Below, piece by piece: positions 46,621-52,679 of a DNA stretch of 52,679 nucleotides (positions within the stretch are counted from its first letter, which is position 1; each line of letters begins with the position of its first letter). The notes under the pieces were generated by a model. That model searched no databases. It was not told the DNA's origin and was given only the letters and a program-made list of their open reading frames with translations. The position numbers and the translations under genes are program-made. This DNA is from Octopus bimaculoides (Eukaryota): the NCBI RefSeq assembly GCF_001194135.2, contig NC_068981.1, forward strand, positions 73,263,048-73,315,726. The letters are read 5' to 3'.

Positions 46621-46790
46621 CTACGGTCTCTTCTTTCAGTTTCCGTCTACTAAATCTACCCACAAGGCTCTGGTCAACCCGAGGCTATAGTAGAAGACAC
46701 TTGCTCAAGGTACCGCGCTGTGGGACCGAACCCGGAACCATGTGGTTGGGAAGCAAGCTTTATACTACATAATCACGCCTGCTCCTATAT
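46325..46790 (-). mobile_element. SINE family B, full length
   Basis: Tail, (CA)n and head all present. Confidence 0.9.
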
Positions 46791-47618
46791 TATCTTTTCA
46801 AAATAAAATATAAAAAAACTGTCAGGTAAATGATTTTCTTACTCATGCGTTACATCGACAGATATATAAGTCTTGACTCATACTCTGAAGTAAACTTACT
46901 CATCTGCGCTATGCATGCATAGCATTTTCTATTCCTCTGAATCTGTAAGCTGCTTGGCACTTGCACCAAAGCAAATTCGATGTGCCTTCCCCTTTCTTCC
47001 CCCTATTGTATCATTCCTACTGCATATTCCTTTCTTTCGCAGAATCGTGCCACTTTGGGGCTATTTATTTACCCACATCTTTTCTACATAGTTTAGTATA
47101 CAGCTGTTTAATCTGACATCAACTATATCGATTTCACGGACCAATGAAAGACTGGAAGGCTGCTACTAAGTGCTTCATCTCCTCGGACTAAATAATAAAT
47201 AAAAATACACGCAAACATCAGTTCACAAATAACACTCCTACGGGTCAATGTGCAATGACAACATTTTGCCATCAGTTGATGAACTTAATTCTTAACGGTT
47301 TATCAATACGAAAAAAAGTTAGTTGCATTAAGTTTTAGTAGTTTGAATTAAAATGCTATAGATGAGATAAAAGTCGTAATTGTGCATCGGTTTATTTAAT
47401 GCTTTCTTGTACAACCCACTTCAGCTTAAAATTAATGCACTGTAAAATACAAGAACACTGTGTACGTGAAGGGCGTTTTGTGGTTATATGTACACATACT
47501 CTGTCTCACTCACACACACACACACACACATACAAGCAGGTACACAAGCAGATACACACACACACACACACACACAGATACACACATGCAGATACAAACA
47601 CACACACTCACACGCACG

Positions 47619-47666
<48 letters not shown>

Positions 47667-47947
47667 AATATGCATATTAAAGATATAGGTATAAATGGAA
47701 GAGGTATTTTCCTGAAAAGAAAATGCAAAGGAAAGTTGTAATAAATTAATTAGTATTGTTTTGTATACTTTTCTTTATGTACCAATTAACTTAGCTAGAA
47801 ACTAAAAAAATTGAAGGATATCGAATTAACTCCATTTAGTAGTTAAACCAATTACACTTTCTAATAAATCCATTTATATAAAATTATATAGTAGTTAATA
47901 CATTAATTTACAAAATTTTCCTGTAAAAATTATATTTATCGGGAAAA

Positions 47948-48060
47948 TCTGTGGTGATAAGTGGATTACCGCAAGGCACTTTTCTGGGTTCTGGTCTGTT
48001 TCTTATAATGTTATCAAACGTAGGCAAAATTATTATATTTTCCACACTCGGCAGTTATAC
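47948..48060 (+). mobile_element. CR1/L2-group RT fragment, possibly resuming at about 48810-48880
   Basis: VVISGLPQGTFLGSGLFLIMLS...SY matches the SGVPQGxVLGPLLF RT motif. Downstream LDTLHN*ENCDRMLFN resembles DLDxLxxWxxxNxMxFN. Confidence 0.7.
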
Positions 48061-48151
48061 ATATACACATACATACATACATACATACATACATACATAC
48101 ATACATACATACATACATACATGCATACATACATACATGCATACATACATA

Positions 48152-48450
48152 CATCACTGGAAATGTAAACATCTGTAAAACTTTCCAGAAGTTTATCATT
48201 TAAATATATATGAACATGTCCAGATATGCAACTATATGCATGAGAATACATACATAAAACATACAAATCTACACATACATACATAAATACATACATACAT
48301 ACATACATACATACATACATACATGCATACATACATATAAACAAAAATACCCTGTCGTCGATGTTGAAATTCCAATGAAGGAGCCTTGGGTCTAGGTTAG
48401 AAACCAGTTCTTTCTCTATTGTCAAGAAATCTTGAAATAAACTGAATAGT
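48152..48450 (+). mobile_element. 5'-truncated 3' end of the RLE LINE family seen at 19870-20516, copy 1
   Basis: CATCACTGGAAATGTAAACATCTGTAAAACTTTCCAG matches 20480-20516. Followed by stop and UTR ending GAAATAAACTGAATAGTAA, then (CATA)n. Confidence 0.85.
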
Positions 48451-48465
48451 AACATACATACATAC

Positions 48466-48760
48466 AAGGTTTCTCAAAACCAGAAAGGAGAAAGCTGATT
48501 CAATCCATCTCTGGAACGGTAAAAATCTGTAAAACTTTTCATAAATTTATCATTTAAGTATATATGAACGTACCTAGATATGCAAATATATGCATGAGAC
48601 AACATACATAAAATAAAACATAAAAATCTACACGTATACATACATACGTACAAAAATACTCTGTTGTTGATGTTGAGATTCCAGTGAACGAGCCTTGGAT
48701 GTTGGTTACAAAACCACTCTTTCTCTATTGGCAAGAAATTTTGAAATAAAACTGAATAAT
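48466..48760 (+). mobile_element. 5'-truncated 3' end of the same RLE LINE family, copy 2
   Basis: Starts AGGTTTCTCAAAACCAGAAAGG (matches about 20427-20450); same UTR ending GAAATAAAACTGAATAA, then CATACAGGCATAC. Confidence 0.85.
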
Positions 48761-48991
48761 GGCATACAGGCATACGACCCCTCCACACAAACACACATAT
48801 GTTCTCTAGCTATACCTAGACACCTTACACAACTAAGAGAATTGCGATAGAATGTTGTTCAACGGTTTCTGTGAAACTATTATATCTTACCCCAAACAGG
48901 TACTTCAAATACCGCCCTGCCAGACTGGTTATCTTTTACCTTGTACAGAATAGTACCTTGCACAGTAAACTATTAATAATCTTGTACCATT

Positions 48992-49203
48992 AAGGCGGCG
49001 AGCTGGCAGAAATGTTAGCACGTCGAGCGAAATGCTTAGCGGTATTGCGTCTGTCTTTATGTTTTGAGTTAAATTCCACCGAGGTCGACTTTGCCTTTCA
49101 TCCTTTCGTGGTCGATAAATTAAATACCAGTTGCGTGCTGGGGAAGATCTAATCGACTGGTCCCTCCCAAATAATTTCGAGCTTTATGCCTAGAGTAGAA
49201 AAA
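48992..49203 (+). mobile_element. SINE family A, full length with 17 bp TSD
   Basis: GGCGGCGAGCTGGCAGAAATGTTAGC head. AATAATCTTGTACCATT at 48975-48991 and 49204-49220. Confidence 0.95.
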
Positions 49204-49879
49204 AATAATCTTGTACCATTTACAGGTACCTGTATTTCAATGCAAATGTACCTGAATTTCATTTAATTATTTAAGCAAATTTAATGTGTGTTGACCTTGG
49301 TTCGGAAAAAGCAGTAATTCGGAAAGACTTTCGAAACAAAATTTTTATAAAATTGCTTGCAAGCTGTTCCATTGATCGAATCAACTGGAACCTTCGTCGT
49401 CGTAAACGACGGAGTGCCAGTTTATTATATAGTAAAGTATATTGATGTCTATTTTATTGGATTTTCATTTCACATCGATCGTTTCTGATTAATCATTGAA
49501 TCAATACTTAGAAATTATATGATATTTGTAACTCACTCTTTGCAATCTCCGTAAATGAAATCACTGCATATTTTAAAATTAAACGTAATTGTAGATTATG
49601 TTGAAGTTGATAATTTATATTCCTTTTGAAATATTACGAATGAATTTCACGCTTATTTTTATCAACAGATAAAAATGATCTATTAGACTAATGTTAACCT
49701 TCAGTTCCATATCATATATTTAGTTTAGAAGTTATAAACAGATTTTTCTATCAAGTAAGGTTATATGAAATTCTTCCGCACTCTACTAATATGAACAGCT
49801 CTCTATGTAGAATGTTCAGCAACTACCGATTACTTCAGCAACTAACCTCACTACAGAACCAGCGAGAACGCTATCACCT

Positions 49880-49889
49880 ACAGCATAAA

Positions 49890-49920
<31 letters not shown>

Positions 49921-49945
49921 AGCACCAGCAGCACCAGCAGCAGCA
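49880..49945. repeat. (CAT)n(CAG)n microsatellite
   Basis: Direct. Confidence 0.9.
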
Positions 49946-52029
49946 TTGTAATAACTACTATGGTCATCATAGTCACTATAGCTATCAAGGATTTAATCAT
50001 ATCTACTAACAAACAACCAAGAGTTTATTGAATTTTATTATAGGTATTGAAGCTCGGGCAGACTATTCAAAAGTTTCTGCAACCTTTCTCAATATTTGGC
50101 TTGTATTAAGTTATAGGACAACTCATTCAATCAGGAAATATTTCAATAACAGTAATTTATCTCAAACTTTCTACCAGCCGTCGGCAATAGACTGAGATAT
50201 TTTGAATGTCAAACAAGACAGTGGGTCCATAACCTGTTTGCTAAATCGTCTAAAATTCTTATGATATACATTCTTATGATATAAACTAACCTCACATGAT
50301 AGGAAAAACTAAATTTTCAGAGCATTATTATAAAGCAAAATTTATTTCTTTTGGTCAAGCATATAGTTAATATTTTAGTGGATGCTTATCGTAGATTCGA
50401 TTGACTTTGCAACAATGCAAGGCAAAGTTTTAAAAGTAAGATTGTCTAGAGATCTGTTGTCTCTATCTTTAGCTACAACGAAATTAGAAATCTTTCAGCA
50501 ACGTACTTGACATTTCGGAAGTTGGTAAGGTCTCATGATACATGGATAGTATAAAATTTTAGAAGGAAATTATAACAGCTTCTTACTGAAAGTAAAACAG
50601 AGCGAGATCGAGATTATTCTATTTTATTCTATTCTAGATTGTGATGTTTTATGGTTTCTCAAGCTTATCACTAGCGAATATGTAAATAATTTCATCTGGA
50701 AATAGAAACTCCAGCCCATCAATGTGGCCGAGAGAGAGCTTGCTTATTGTAAGACATTGTTGTTAGTGGCTGTTTCCGCAAACTTCGATGAGCCGTCAGT
50801 AAGTACGGTAGTGCGGTAGACGGCAGAAATTGATGAGTTGCACTTTAAGAATTTACACCCATTTTGGTGTGTCTCCAAAGGTCAGGATATGTTCTAGTTG
50901 AAGCAAGGAGTGGCTGAAGAATTTTGTGAGTATAGTGGCTATATCTGAGGCGCAATGTTTGAGAGTAACAGAAGGAACGTTGTAAGGGAAAGTGATCTTG
51001 TTTGTTTGAAGTGGCTGAGGTTCTTACGCACTTGGTGTGCATATGTGCATGGTTGTGATCTTGGTAGAATGGAAGTGAATAGCTATGGGGTGGGGGTACT
51101 TACCTAGAGTGTGCAGCATAGGGTAAGACGCAAAACCGATAGCAAACGCAGAGGCTTTCTTCATTGGAGTATTGCTTATAAGCTATTATAGGCGAGAAGT
51201 AGAAAGAAGAGGGTTCTACAAAGTTGACTGAAATCTTCTTGACAAAGGACACTAATATCAGGTGCAGTATGGCCAGCGCGTGTGACCGTGAGATGCATCG
51301 AGGTATCCTTAACTGTACAGACATAGAACTTCCTACGTTTCAGCGGAGCTATAAAAGAATGACTAGAGGGGGGACTTGAACATTTGTTACATCAATGCAA
51401 GATAACCACTATAGTGATATGTTGAAGTACAACGATGTACACTGCAGGTTTCAAAAAGTACTATAATACTATAATGAGTTCGAGTAATTACCAGGTAACT
51501 CAATAAAAATTAGTCATTTTAGGGTCATTTTACATAATGAACTGGAAAAAAAATCAAAGCACATATCTGTGCATCAATGTAGTGATTCTCACCACTAATC
51601 TGCTAGTACAGAAAAAACTGTGCTTGATGAACATGTCTAATGAGATCGAAGTGTCTAGGATTGTCGCATGTACTTGCCAATATCTGTTTAGATTGATATT
51701 AGATACTGAGATGTTTTCTTGCCACCAATCAATTTATTCTTCTAACTACCTCAAGTATGATGTCACTATCTTGAATATGAAGAGGAAGTCCATAATAATT
51801 TTTCCTGAGTCACTATGTGCTTTGTACAAATTACACACGTGTGCGTGTGTGCGTGCATTGTGTGTGATCCGAGTGAATTTGCTGTGTTCGTCAATGATCT
51901 TCGGTGAATATAGAGTGAAAGCATATTCAGTACTTTTGCTCATAGTTACTGGAGATCACTTGTGTTCATTGAGGTAATCGTGTGAAATCCTGAAACGCAT
52001 TTTAGCATATAATTGCTTGTTAAGTTCTT

Positions 52030-52585
52030 CACACATAAACATACATGCAGAGGCACACATGCAGATGCTCATACGTATACACACAGAGACAACCACAAAA
52101 GTACATGGCCCGAAGCAAACAGAGAAGAGGCACACAAATACGTGCTACACATACACACGCACGCATGCATGTACAACACACACACGTACGCACACACACG
52201 AGTATGCACACATGTTCAAACACGCACAAATACACACGTATAGACACATATATGTGATTTTGTTCTTTAATATCTTTAATAGTATATTTCCAGTACTGAA
52301 CAATACTGTTGTTGGTTACAGGTCTTTAATGAGTCAATAATGGATTGATTACAACTCTGATAGTGAAAGTTACCAAGGATTGCTTGTGACTCAGCGTGAA
52401 ACAAATATCGCAATAATGCTCGTTTCGAGAAGCACCAGTTTTGCTGATATCTTGACAACGATTACCTCCACACGGGCTCACACAAACACGCATATATACA
52501 TGTATTGATGTGTGTGTATGTACTTGTATATAAATTAATAGATATCAGTTATTTATTAATTTATACACACACACACGCACGCACG

Positions 52586-52658
<73 letters not shown>

Positions 52659-52660
52659 AT
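52030..52660. repeat. Degenerate and pure (CA)n tracts
   Basis: Degenerate CA-rich tract at 52030-52250 and pure (CA)n at 52565-52657. Confidence 0.9.
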
Positions 52661-52679
52661 ATATCTTCTGTATTCCTCT

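Noticed and set aside
49791-50009. 72 aa ORF with poly-His/poly-Gln resembling a transcription factor segment
   Set aside because: Explained by a (CAT)n(CAG)n tract; short, with no recognisable domain or convincing exon context.
51330-51450. Possible mariner 3' remnant (...SDYVE-like)
   Set aside because: Requires a frameshift and has no matching TIR partner.
173-52340. Low-complexity ORFs (poly-HT, CV, YI, LPTY, V, T, I/R) and X-filled ORFs
   Set aside because: They are translations of microsatellites or N gaps with no domain content.

Overview
This is AT-rich, repeat-dominated eukaryotic genomic DNA from a draft assembly with seven N gaps, most beside simple repeats. The recurring tRNA-derived SINE families look like octopod cephalopod SINEs, so an Octopus-like genome is my inference. 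I found no intact protein-coding gene, and most ORF-track entries are microsatellite or gap artefacts. Recognisable content: three SINE families in many copies, mariner relics (one near full length, one nested in a LINE), a hAT Buster/Charlie relic, several MITE or foldback elements, CR1-like and R4/Dong-like (RLE) LINE fragments, Penelope-like element (PLE) relics, an RPL31 pseudogene fragment and a decayed 28S rRNA fragment. Two things stand out. First, 22.3-31.9 kb holds PLE relics with three hammerhead-ribozyme-like motifs and three long palindromes or hairpins. Second, RLE LINE lineages each sit in a different microsatellite: (TAA)n, (CATA)n and possibly (TAG)n. All alignments were done by eye and boundaries of decayed elements are approximate.
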